DNA of 47,150 nucleotides from an uncultured Senimuribacter sp. (GTDB lineage Bacteria; Bacillota; Clostridia; Peptostreptococcales; Anaerovoracaceae): NCBI GenBank assembly GCA_964525085.1, contig CAZGED010000001.1, positions 1 to 47,150 of the forward strand, read 5' to 3'. Shown piece by piece: positions 22,065 to 30,965 of this stretch (position 1 is its first letter; each line of letters starts with the position of its first letter). The notes under the pieces were generated by a model. It saw only the letters and a program-made list of their open reading frames with translations, ran no database searches and was not told where the DNA came from. The position numbers and the translations under genes were made by a program.

Positions 22065-22747
22065 GACGGGTCTTCCTCATCTTTGATCACGTAGCCTATG
22101 CCGCGGACCGTCTGTATGACTTTCTTATCGCCGCCGGCGTCGATCTTCTTGCGAAGAGTCCTTATATATACGTCTATGATGTTGCTGCTGCCTTCATAGT
22201 CGTAGTTCCAGATGTGGTGCATGATCTTTTCCCGGGACAGGACGATGCCCTTGTTGTGGAGCAGGTATTCCAGAATGGAAAACTCCTTGGCGGTCAGTGG
22301 TATCTCTCTGCCGTCACGGAAGGCGGTCTTCTTGTCCGTATCCAGGGACAAAGGGCCGGCGGTCAGTATGTTGTCTATGCGCTCTACGCCGTTGCGCCGG
22401 ATCATGACCCGTATGCGGGCGGAGAGCTCCTCCAGGCTGAATGGCTTTGTCAGATAGTCGTCAGCGCCGCTGTCCAACCCTTTGACCTTGTCCTCGATGG
22501 AGGATTTGGCGGTAAGCAGCAGAACCGGCGTCTTCAGCTTCCTGTTCCTCAGGGTTTTCAGCACTGTGATGCCGTCTACGCCGGGCAGCATGATATCCAA
22601 AACGATGGCATCATACTCCGTGCCTTCGATATAGGCGAGGGCGTCGCTTCCGTCATAACAGGCGTCTACGGCGTATCCCTCGTCCTTCAGATGTTTGGCT
22701 ATGGTTTGGCAGATCTTCTTTTTATCTTCTACGATGAGCAATTTCAT
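22061..22747 (-). CDS. OmpR/PhoB-family response regulator
   Basis: MKLLIVED, LDIMLP, GADDYLTKPF, winged helix VDVYIRTLRKKI, TVRGIGY; start ATG 22747. Confidence 0.95.
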   Translation of the reverse strand: MKLLIVEDKKKICQTIAKHLKDEGYAVDACYDGSDALAYIEGTEYDAIVLDIMLPGVDGITVLKTLRNRKLKTPVLLLTAKSSIEDKVKGLDSGADDYLTKPFSLEELSARIRVMIRRNGVERIDNILTAGPLSLDTDKKTAFRDGREIPLTAKEFSILEYLLHNKGIVLSREKIMHHIWNYDYEGSSNIIDVYIRTLRKKIDAGGDKKVIQTVRGIGYVIKDEEDPS

Positions 22748-22868
22748 GAAACAGCCCCCTTGTTCTCTCGTTCGTTTTCTTGCGTTTTCTTTGTTTCCCT
22801 GTATTTTGTCTGCTTGCATGTTTTCCTTTACTTTCATGATAGCGCAAAAAAAACATATTTTAAAGGAT

Positions 22869-22895
22869 TTTTCATTTTATTTTCATGTTTTTCAT
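22869..22895. promoter_or_regulatory. probable response-regulator direct-repeat operator
   Basis: TTTTCAT at 22869, 22880 and 22889 in the divergent regulator/PepSY intergenic region. Confidence 0.45.
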
Positions 22896-22962
22896 GTATT
22901 CTTTGGCTACAAAGAAGAGAGAAGCAAAGATGCAATCACATTTGTTTACAGGAGGATAAGTA

Positions 22963-24093
22963 ATGAATCAATTATTAACAAAGAAAAACGGTATCATCGC
23001 CGCAGTGGCTTTGGTCATCATCATTGCCGCCATCGTCTTTTCCACCGGCTTTTCTCAGGCTCTGACCCTGGATGAAGCCAAGGAGATCGCCAGCGAATAC
23101 GTGCCTTCCACCGCCAAGTTTGTGACCAGTGAAGAGGAAGAAAACAAGTATGAAGTCATGTTTCATGACGATGAAGCCGGCGAAGGATTTGAGGTCGAAG
23201 TCCATAAGGATACGAAAAAAGTCAAGAAAGTGGAAACTCAGCTGGACAACGATATCGGAAGCGAGACGGTGACCCTGACGGAAAGTGAAGTCAAGGAGAT
23301 CGTCGAAAACAAGTTCAAGGGCGTGAGCAGCGTGACCGTATCCCTGAAAAAGGACAACGGACTCTACGTATATGAAGTGGATTTTAAATCCAACGAATTT
23401 TACGGGGATGCGGATATTCATCCGGAAACGGGCGTGATTCTGGAAAGCACCGTGAAATACGGGACTGCCGTAACCATTCCGACGGACGACCAGGAGAGCG
23501 GAACCGCTTCGGAGACCGGCAAGTTCCTGTCCTATGAGGAAGTGGAACAGCTGATCATCGAAAAAGCAGGCGGCGGGTTTGTTAAGGATATCGATCTGGA
23601 AAATGAGGGAGGAAGCTATTTCTATGAGGTTGAGCTGATCAAAGACAACGTGGAGTACGACTACATCGTCGAGGCAGAAACAGGAGAAGTGACGCTGGAA
23701 AACGAACATGACAGCTACTTCGACTACGATGGTGATGACGGATCTCAGGATCCTCATAATGATCCAAATGATTCGGCAGAAGAAAAGACGAGCAGTTCTT
23801 CAAAGACAAACAGTTCCTCCGGCTCCACCAGTTCTTCAGATAAAAGCGGTAGCTCCAGCGGTTCCTCAAGTTCCGGCAGTGACAGGATCTCTCAGGAAAA
23901 GGCAGAATCCATCGTCCTGGCGAAGATCCCGGGCGCTTCCATTATTGAGCTTCAGCTGGAGAAGGATGACGGGCGCTATATCTACGAGGGGGAAGCCATT
24001 CTGGGCGATTACGATTACGAGTTTGAGATCGACGCTAATTCCGGTGTGATCATCGACTGGGAAAAGGATTGGATTGACGAGTGGGACGACTGA
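22963..24093 (+). CDS. membrane-anchored/secreted multi-PepSY domain protein
   Basis: N-terminal hydrophobic helix; repeated 'A..IA...YEV....EVEI.A.TG.V' modules; Ser-rich linker. Confidence 0.85.
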   Translation: MNQLLTKKNGIIAAVALVIIIAAIVFSTGFSQALTLDEAKEIASEYVPSTAKFVTSEEEENKYEVMFHDDEAGEGFEVEVHKDTKKVKKVETQLDNDIGSETVTLTESEVKEIVENKFKGVSSVTVSLKKDNGLYVYEVDFKSNEFYGDADIHPETGVILESTVKYGTAVTIPTDDQESGTASETGKFLSYEEVEQLIIEKAGGGFVKDIDLENEGGSYFYEVELIKDNVEYDYIVEAETGEVTLENEHDSYFDYDGDDGSQDPHNDPNDSAEEKTSSSSKTNSSSGSTSSSDKSGSSSGSSSSGSDRISQEKAESIVLAKIPGASIIELQLEKDDGRYIYEGEAILGDYDYEFEIDANSGVIIDWEKDWIDEWDD

Positions 24094-24121
24094 TAGAATA
24101 GAACAGAAAAGGTGATGCAGT

Positions 24122-24156
24122 GAAAAAGCTCCGGTTTTCAGGCCGGAGCTTTTTCC
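24122..24156. terminator. bidirectional intrinsic terminator
   Basis: GAAAAAGCTCCGG-N8-CCGGAGCTTTTTCC between convergent genes. Confidence 0.8.
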
Positions 24157-24201
24157 ACATGTTACACGACACAAACTGCTTGAAAGTCCCTTGACTTTCC
24201 A

Positions 24202-24741
24202 CTAACTTTTTTCTGCCAGCAAAGGCTGCCCTATCACCGCTTCCCTTTCATCGATGATCAGATTCTGCAAATCCACGTACACGTACATCAGAATGAACAT
24301 GTAGACCATGCCGGCCATGCCCTTTGTGAAAAGATCATAGTTGAAATGCAGGACCGGATTGAGAAAGACGATAGCGGCAACACCCAGGTGCATGATACAC
24401 AGCAGGGAAAAGCTGTAGAACTTCTCGCCTGTACAGGCTCTGCATCCGATGAACAGCGACAGGAACACCAGGCAGGTCAGCAAGATCCTGCTGAAGAACA
24501 TCAGGCTGTCCAGGGCTCCGCCATAGGCAGGTATGAAATACAGGATAGCACCCGCTCCTGAACAGGTTGCCGTAAGGGACGTCAGAATCAGTCCGGCAGG
24601 AAAGCAACAATCGCTGTCTCTTAGCTTCACAATCTGGACTGAGATGATCACGGCTCCCATCAGGGGCAGGATGAACTGGGCAAGTCCACCTATATTCATA
24701 CATAGCAACACAACACCGACAAACACTTTTAACACATACAC
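24202..24741 (-). CDS. hypothetical integral membrane protein
   Basis: About 5-6 hydrophobic segments; GTG start after AGGGGG. Confidence 0.7.
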   Translation of the reverse strand: MYVLKVFVGVVLLCMNIGGLAQFILPLMGAVIISVQIVKLRDSDCCFPAGLILTSLTATCSGAGAILYFIPAYGGALDSLMFFSRILLTCLVFLSLFIGCRACTGEKFYSFSLLCIMHLGVAAIVFLNPVLHFNYDLFTKGMAGMVYMFILMYVYVDLQNLIIDEREAVIGQPLLAEKS

Positions 24742-24860
24742 ATCTCTTGTCCCCCTTTACGGTTTTACTTTACCTCATGGAAAAAGAAAAGTAAATAGGT
24801 CTGGGGCCAAAGCGGACTAAAGTACGACCGATTTCAGAAGAAAGTATTAGAACGTTTACA

Positions 24861-24899
24861 AGAAAAAACTGCCATGCATTTTGCACGACAGTTTTTTCT
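24861..24899 (-). terminator. terminator after trxA
   Basis: AGAAAAAACTG...CAGTTTTTTCT inverted repeat. Confidence 0.7.
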
Positions 24900-24911
24900 C
24901 ATTGTCGGGTC

Positions 24912-25223
24912 TTACAGTCCCAGCTGCTGGATCAGAGCGGCCTTCGGCAGGGCGCCAAGGGTCTTTGCCACCATTTCGCCCTTTTCAAATTTAGCGCACA
25001 CCGGAATGCTCATGATGCCGTACCGGATCGCCAGCTCCTGATTTTCGTCGATATTCAGCTTGCAGACCTTGACCTTGTCGGCGTATTCCTCCGCGATCTC
25101 GTCGATGACCGGTGCCAGGTTGATGCAGTGGCCGCACCATGGCGCCCAGAAATCTACCAATACGGGAACGTCGGACTGCATGATTTCCTTTTCAAAGTTG
25201 TCTTTTGTCAGATGAATTGTCAT
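24912..25223 (-). CDS. trxA: thioredoxin
   Basis: VLVDFWAPWCGHC, YGIMSIP. Confidence 0.93.
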   Translation of the reverse strand: MTIHLTKDNFEKEIMQSDVPVLVDFWAPWCGHCINLAPVIDEIAEEYADKVKVCKLNIDENQELAIRYGIMSIPVCAKFEKGEMVAKTLGALPKAALIQQLGL

Positions 25224-25228
25224 ATTCT

Positions 25229-25999
25229 CTACTCCTCCTTTTGATTCTCTCTCGCCTGTTCGATCTCGATCAGCTGATCGAGACCCTTCCTGATCGTATC
25301 TTCAACCTGATGAACGATATTCGCCGTCTGATGCCGGTCCAAAGAAGCCGTATCGATATACGGATGGATCAAGATATCCACGGTGGCGCCTCCGGTGATG
25401 ACGCCTTTGTCCTCAAACACGTGGCGGGTACCGTTGATGGAAACCGGTACGATAGGCACTCTCGCCTTCGTGGCCAGCTTGAAGCTGCCGGCTTTGAAGC
25501 TGCCCATCTCAGCCTTGCGGCTTCTGGTGCCCTCAGGGAAGATGACCAGAGAATAGCCTTCCTTCAGTGTCTGAACGCCGGCCTGGATGGACTTCAGGGC
25601 TTCCCTGGTGTCCCCTCTTTTGATGAAGACGCCGCGTATGGCCCGGATCCACTTGCCGAAGTAAGGAACCTTTTCCAGGGTGTCCTTGGCGATGAAACCG
25701 ATCTGCCGTCCCTGGGCGGCTTTGAACAATACGACGATATCCGCGTAGCCCTGATGGTTGGCGATGAATACGCAAGGTCCTTCTGACGGTATATTCTCGC
25801 GGCCTGACACGTTGACGGTCAGATCAAAGAGGTCTATGACCTTGTCCACCCAGATATTCGTGGCATGGGCGATCAGCTCCCGTTCCTTCTCCGCATCCCC
25901 TGACGCCCGAAGGGCTTCCAGATCTTTTAAGTAGTAATTAAATACGCCGACAGAGCGGAACAGCTTGATGCCGTTTGGCAGATTCCGAAGTATTTTCAA
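25229..25999 (-). CDS. plsC: 1-acyl-sn-glycerol-3-phosphate acyltransferase
   Basis: NHQGYAD, FIKR, FPEGTRS, PIVPV; TTG 25999 behind GGAGGAG. Confidence 0.9.
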   Translation of the reverse strand: MKILRNLPNGIKLFRSVGVFNYYLKDLEALRASGDAEKERELIAHATNIWVDKVIDLFDLTVNVSGRENIPSEGPCVFIANHQGYADIVVLFKAAQGRQIGFIAKDTLEKVPYFGKWIRAIRGVFIKRGDTREALKSIQAGVQTLKEGYSLVIFPEGTRSRKAEMGSFKAGSFKLATKARVPIVPVSINGTRHVFEDKGVITGGATVDILIHPYIDTASLDRHQTANIVHQVEDTIRKGLDQLIEIEQARENQKEE

Positions 26000-26138
26000 A
26001 GGGCTCCTCCTGTTACTCAAACAAAACAAAAACTATCTCACCTATAATATACCATAAAAGCAGTGGAAATATCTACTCAAAAAAGGTATAATAGGAATGA
26101 AAGTTTGAAACTGCTGCAAGAGAAGGAGAGAATCTTCC

Positions 26139-26816
26139 ATGATAGAGAGATACGGCGATCTGATGAAAAAGCGGTATTTTTTCATCAGCGTAGCATTGCT
26201 ATGCTTCGCTTATCTTGCCTGGCTGGTATCTTCCCATGGGATTCTGGCTTTTGACACGGTGATTAGCCAGTGGGTGTATGGGCACAGGAATCCCGCACTG
26301 AACGGAGTCATGATTGCCGTTACCTATCTGGGAAACTGGCAGACAGTAGTCACGGTGGGCGCCGATTTGCTGGTACTGCCGCAAACCAGACGGCGTTACG
26401 GACTGCCCTACGCATGTTTTGCCGCGGCATCTACCGTGCTTTACAAAATCATGAAGACTGTTTTCGCCAGGCCGAGGCCGGAGGTGGCCGTGCGGCTGAT
26501 AGAGGAAAGCGGCTGGTCTTTTCCCAGTGGACATTCTATGAACTGCATCGTATGCTACGGCATTTTGATCTATCTTCTGCGCAGGCACTGTCAGGACAGA
26601 AGACTGGTCAACGCGCTGACGATCCTGCTTTCACTGCTGATCCTGTCGATCGGATGCAGCCGAGTCTATGTAGGTGTCCACTACCCTACGGATATTTTGG
26701 GCGGATGGAGTCTGGGGCTGGCCTTTCTGCTTGCCGCCACTTTGATCTACGAGAAGGCGGAGACAAGGCTGGACGTCTTTGATCCGCACAGGAAAGGAAA
26801 AAATGTATGGCGGTAA
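26139..26816 (+). CDS. PAP2-family membrane phosphatase
   Basis: KxxxxRPRP, SFPSGH, SRVYVGVHYPTD. Confidence 0.92.
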   Translation: MIERYGDLMKKRYFFISVALLCFAYLAWLVSSHGILAFDTVISQWVYGHRNPALNGVMIAVTYLGNWQTVVTVGADLLVLPQTRRRYGLPYACFAAASTVLYKIMKTVFARPRPEVAVRLIEESGWSFPSGHSMNCIVCYGILIYLLRRHCQDRRLVNALTILLSLLILSIGCSRVYVGVHYPTDILGGWSLGLAFLLAATLIYEKAETRLDVFDPHRKGKNVWR

Positions 26817-27973
26817 CGATCCATGACCTTTTGAATCTGGATGCTCTCAGAGATTTCAAGCTGGTCGCCGGAAAGAAAGGCCTGGACAGGACGGTCACGG
26901 CAACGGAAATCCTGGATTTTGAATTTATGGACGAGGGTCTGGCCTATCGTGAGCGGGGCTTTGATGGCAGCAGCCTGGTGCTGACCAGCCTGCTCTTTGC
27001 CAAAGATGAACCGGAGCTGATCCTGAAGGCGGTGAAAAAGCTGATCAGTCAGAACGTGCAGGCTATGGCCTATAAGCCCGTATTTTTCAACGACTTGCCC
27101 GCAGAAGCCCTGGCTTATGCTGACAAGATGGAGTTTCCCATTCTGAAGTTCGGCCACGATGAATTCTTCGAGGATATCATTTTCAGTATCCGCAGTCTGG
27201 TGGAACGGGACGACATTTTGGGGCTGACGGAGCCTTTGATCGGGGAAATGTTGACGCGGGAGTTTACGGAGGATGAAGCTGAAGAGGCCCACGAGCGGAT
27301 CAATCCTCTGCTGCGGCCCATGGTGGCGGCGGTCTGCATCCGGGACAGGGAGCTGAAGGGCAGCCAGATCAGCGCTAAGATCCGGAGCAGCAGGCCGGAT
27401 GAGAAGCTGCGCAGCAAGACCTTTGTGGGAAAGTACGAAGACCTTTTCATCATCATTTTATCCCAGGACGAGGACCGTCCCGACCGTTTCCATACGCTGC
27501 TGGAGGACGTAGCCATCGTCTATGGACTGGTGGGCAGGAATCTGACCACGGGGGTCAGCAACGTGCGGAGGATCGACGACCAGTTCCATCTGGCCATCAG
27601 GGAAGCTTACTGGGCGGAAAAGGTCGCGGAAATAGAGAAAAAAGATCTTCAATATTACCGGGATATGGGTATCTATCAACTGATCGTATCCTATATCCAT
27701 ACGGCGCCGATGCGGCGCTATGTGCAGAACTTCTTCGCGCCTCTCCATGAAGAGAAGGAAAAGGACGGAGAATTGATGCATACGGCCATGGAATATGTGC
27801 TGGCAAAGGGAGATGCAGTGAAGACGGCAGAGCGGCTGTTCTGCCATAAGAACACCATAAGATACCGTATTGGAAAGCTGCAGGAGAAGCTGGACCCCAA
27901 CTCCAACGAAAAAGAGTTTTACCAGAATCTCGCTATAGCTGTTAAAATATACTTATTGATCAATGAAATTTAG
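26807..27973 (+). CDS. PucR/CdaR-family transcriptional regulator
   Basis: N-terminal PucR domain (LVAGKKGLDRTV); C-terminal TAERLFCHKNTIRYRI HTH. Confidence 0.92.
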   Translation: MAVTIHDLLNLDALRDFKLVAGKKGLDRTVTATEILDFEFMDEGLAYRERGFDGSSLVLTSLLFAKDEPELILKAVKKLISQNVQAMAYKPVFFNDLPAEALAYADKMEFPILKFGHDEFFEDIIFSIRSLVERDDILGLTEPLIGEMLTREFTEDEAEEAHERINPLLRPMVAAVCIRDRELKGSQISAKIRSSRPDEKLRSKTFVGKYEDLFIIILSQDEDRPDRFHTLLEDVAIVYGLVGRNLTTGVSNVRRIDDQFHLAIREAYWAEKVAEIEKKDLQYYRDMGIYQLIVSYIHTAPMRRYVQNFFAPLHEEKEKDGELMHTAMEYVLAKGDAVKTAERLFCHKNTIRYRIGKLQEKLDPNSNEKEFYQNLAIAVKIYLLINEI

Positions 27974-27985
27974 GAGGTATGAAGT

Positions 27986-28585
27986 ATGAGCGCAATGTTT
28001 AAATTCAGCTACGGCCTGTTCGTGCTGACGGCCCGTGAGGGGGACAAGGACAACGGCTGTATCATCAACACGGCGATCCAGGTGACGGATCAGCCAAAGC
28101 AGGTATCCATCTGTGTCAACAAGAAAAACTATACCTGCGGCATGATCGAAAGGACCGGCGTCTTCGGCCTGTCTTTCCTGAGCCAGGATGTGAAGTTTGA
28201 GACCTTCCAGCACTTCGGATTCCAGAGCGGCGAGAATGTAGATAAGTTCGCTGATTACGCCGACGTCAAGAGATCTGAGGCAGGGCTGCTCTACCTGACC
28301 AGGGGAACCAACGCGTTCATCTCTGTGAAGGTGAACAAGACGGTGGATCTGGGAACTCATATGATGTTCATCGGAGATGTGGAAGAAGAGGAAGTATTGT
28401 CTGACGTGCCGTCCACGACGTATCAGTACTATTTCGACCATATCAAACCGAAGCCGGAGCAGCCGAAGGTGAAGGGATATGTATGCAAGATCTGTGGATA
28501 TGTCTACGAAGGCGATCCGCTTCCTGCTGACTTCATTTGCCCTATCTGCAAACACGGCGCTGAAGATTTTGAACCGATCGGATAG
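27986..28585 (+). CDS. flavin reductase with C-terminal rubredoxin-like domain
   Basis: SYGLFVLT, NGCIINT, FGFQSG, GTH; CKICGY...CPICK. Confidence 0.92.
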   Translation: MSAMFKFSYGLFVLTAREGDKDNGCIINTAIQVTDQPKQVSICVNKKNYTCGMIERTGVFGLSFLSQDVKFETFQHFGFQSGENVDKFADYADVKRSEAGLLYLTRGTNAFISVKVNKTVDLGTHMMFIGDVEEEEVLSDVPSTTYQYYFDHIKPKPEQPKVKGYVCKICGYVYEGDPLPADFICPICKHGAEDFEPIG

Positions 28586-28652
28586 TTCTTTCGGACAATC
28601 AGATAAGATGAAGGGTAAATCTTGAATAAGACATCCGTTCTATGCAGACCTG

Positions 28653-28684
28653 CTGCGGGCCCTTTTGCAAAAAAGGACCCGCAG
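28653..28684. terminator. hairpin between convergent genes (terminator or REP-like)
   Basis: CTGCGGGCCCTTTT-GCAA-AAAAGGACCCGCAG. Confidence 0.55.
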
Positions 28685-28750
28685 TACGGACCTGATAGGG
28701 CTGTCAGCAGGCACTTTTGATCAAAGAGCCGCACAAAAAGCTATCGTGAT

Positions 28751-29299
28751 CTACAGCAGAACGCTGCCGGCGTCCCGGTCAAAGTAGATGCTCTTAGCAC
28801 CTGTGTAGAGTGGGATGCCGTAGCAGACGCGTACGTCCTGGGGAAAGATGCCCATTCTGACGGCGCCCCGCCCGGCGGAGAACATAACCCGGTTATCGAT
28901 GCGATGATCCGCGGCGACGGAAACGGCGGATCCTATGGCAATACCCAGATCGGTAATGTTGAAGGCGCAGTTGGCGCCTGCCTTCTTCATGGCCCCGCAG
29001 TTTTCAAATCCGCACATGGCGCAGTTGGCAAGGCCGAAGGGCTGGCCGGTAACGCCGATGAGGACGATACAATGGCTGTTTTCCACGTTGTGAGCATCCC
29101 TCTCTATGAAGGCTTCTCCGTATTCTTCGGCAGTCCGGCGCATTTCTTCTGCCAGCCTGGCCTTGTCCTCCCCTGTTAAAATCATAGTGATGACTTTATC
29201 TTTGCCGCTGCCCTTGGGTGCCGTTCTGGCCGCCGCCGCCATCAGGTTCGCAACAGCCAAAGCAGCATCCCTCTCTGCGGTTTCCATGGTCTTTATCAT
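28751..29299 (-). CDS. ferredoxin-like DUF2148-family protein
   Basis: AARTAPKG, CAMCGFENC, C...DLGIAIGSAVS.A...DNRVM, KSIYFDR. Confidence 0.85.
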   Translation of the reverse strand: MIKTMETAERDAALAVANLMAAAARTAPKGSGKDKVITMILTGEDKARLAEEMRRTAEEYGEAFIERDAHNVENSHCIVLIGVTGQPFGLANCAMCGFENCGAMKKAGANCAFNITDLGIAIGSAVSVAADHRIDNRVMFSAGRGAVRMGIFPQDVRVCYGIPLYTGAKSIYFDRDAGSVLL

Positions 29300-29523
29300 G
29301 TGAGATGCTCCTCCTTTGATCGAGATCGATCACTGCAACGTCTGCAACGTCTGCAGGTTTGTTTTCTCTGCTGTTTACAGTATAGCACCAAAGAGGGAAA
29401 AAAGCATCTGTCGATTTGGACGGGCAGCGACATAGGGACGACGGTACACGCACGGAGCGAAAGGCAGGTATCATGGGATGGGTCTTTGCGCCGCAGCACG
29501 TCTGCAGGCCGTGCAGATTACGC

Positions 29524-29551
29524 TTGTAAAAGGATGGATATTTGATATAAT
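29524..29551 (+). promoter_or_regulatory. sigma-A promoter for the nucleotidyltransferase gene
   Basis: TTGTAA-16-TATAAT with TG extension. Confidence 0.6.
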
Positions 29552-29694
29552 TAGGAAGGAATACGGCAATACGGCCAAGGCTTTGCAGAAGGGAGAAGGG
29601 AAAGCCGCTTCGCCGTGAAGCGGCCCGAGCAGAATCGGGCAGATTTCGCAGGAAACAGAACGAACCCAGGAGGACGACGGAAAGGACGACGGAA

Positions 29695-30621
29695 ATGAAG
29701 AAACCGGTTTTGATCATAATGGCTGCCGGCATGGGCAGCAGATACGGCGGATTGAAGCAGATCGACCCCATCAGCAGTCAGGGTGAAATCCTTTTGGATT
29801 TCTCACTCTATGACGCCCATATGGCGGGTTTTGAAACGGCCATATTCATCATCAAAAAGGAAAACGAAGCGGATTTTCGCGCTTTGATCGATGGGAAGGC
29901 AGGTAAATACATACATGTGGCGTACGCCTTTCAACAGTTGGACGATATTCCGGCCGGCTATACCGTGCCGGAGGGCAGAGTAAAGCCGTGGGGCACTTGT
30001 CACGCTGTGCTCAGCGCCCGGCATCTGATCGAAGGGCCTTTTGCCGTGATCAACGCAGACGATTACTACGGACCCGGAGCCTTCGCGTCCATCTACGACT
30101 ATCTGGAGCAGGCTCAGGACGATGAGAAATACCGGTACTGCATGGTCGGCTACCAGCTGGAAAACACTTTGACCGAAAACGGCCATGTGGCCCGCGGCAT
30201 CTGCCAGGTCAGCGACAAAGGCTATCTGGAGGACATCGTGGAGCGGACCAAGATCATGCGTCGGGGCGGCGGGATTGCCTATACTGAGGACGACGGCGAA
30301 AGCTGGCATGAACTGGCTGAAGGCACCACCGTATCCATGAACTTCTGGGGCTTCACCCAGTCCTTCGTCCGCGAGATGGAGGCTCGCTTCCCGGCATTTC
30401 TGGACAAAGCCCTGGCGGAAAACCCTTTGAAGGGCGAATATTTCCTGCCCGGCGTCGTCGATCAGCTGATCAAGGAACAAAAGGCGTCCGTCCGAGTTTT
30501 GACCTCTCACGACAAATGGTACGGCGTGACGTACAAAGAGGACAAAGAAAGCGTGGTCGATGCGCTACAGTCCATGAAGGATAAGGGTTTGTACCCGGAG
30601 AAGCTGTGGAAAATCGAATAG
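29695..30621 (+). CDS. sugar-phosphate nucleotidyltransferase (NTP_transferase family)
   Basis: MAAGMGSRYGGLKQ, KPWGTCHA, INADD, SMNFWGF, WYGVTY. Confidence 0.9.
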   Translation: MKKPVLIIMAAGMGSRYGGLKQIDPISSQGEILLDFSLYDAHMAGFETAIFIIKKENEADFRALIDGKAGKYIHVAYAFQQLDDIPAGYTVPEGRVKPWGTCHAVLSARHLIEGPFAVINADDYYGPGAFASIYDYLEQAQDDEKYRYCMVGYQLENTLTENGHVARGICQVSDKGYLEDIVERTKIMRRGGGIAYTEDDGESWHELAEGTTVSMNFWGFTQSFVREMEARFPAFLDKALAENPLKGEYFLPGVVDQLIKEQKASVRVLTSHDKWYGVTYKEDKESVVDALQSMKDKGLYPEKLWKIE

Positions 30622-30652
30622 GAGGCTGATGACAGCCTCCTATTCGATTTTC
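30609..30652 (+). terminator. terminator with 20-bp perfect stem overlapping the stop codon
   Basis: GAAAATCGAATAGGAGGCTG-ATGA-CAGCCTCCTATTCGATTTTC. Confidence 0.8.
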
Positions 30653-30965
30653 TGAGAGAAAAACAGTCTTATTTCAGATCTGTCTGTTTTGCTTTTGCTG
30701 TTCCTGCCAGTGGAAAAGAAAAAAGCCAAGACCGCGAAATTCGTGGCATCGTATTCAAAGGACAGCTAGTCCCACGAGAGTTAATTCTTTAGAAGTTCAC
30801 AGAAAACCTTGTATGGAATGAGTGGAAATAAAAGTACAAAAAGAAGTAATATAACAAATAAAGATTTTTAAGGAATCATTTCTTGATTTTAACTGGAATA
30901 GGATGTATAATGACAGCATAAATCCGAGGCGCTGCCAGGCGCCATCAAAAGAAGGAGAGAGATTT

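Noticed and set aside
30653-30900. Intergenic stretch upstream of rpn as a gene remnant
   Set aside because: Short frames with no recognisable protein motif
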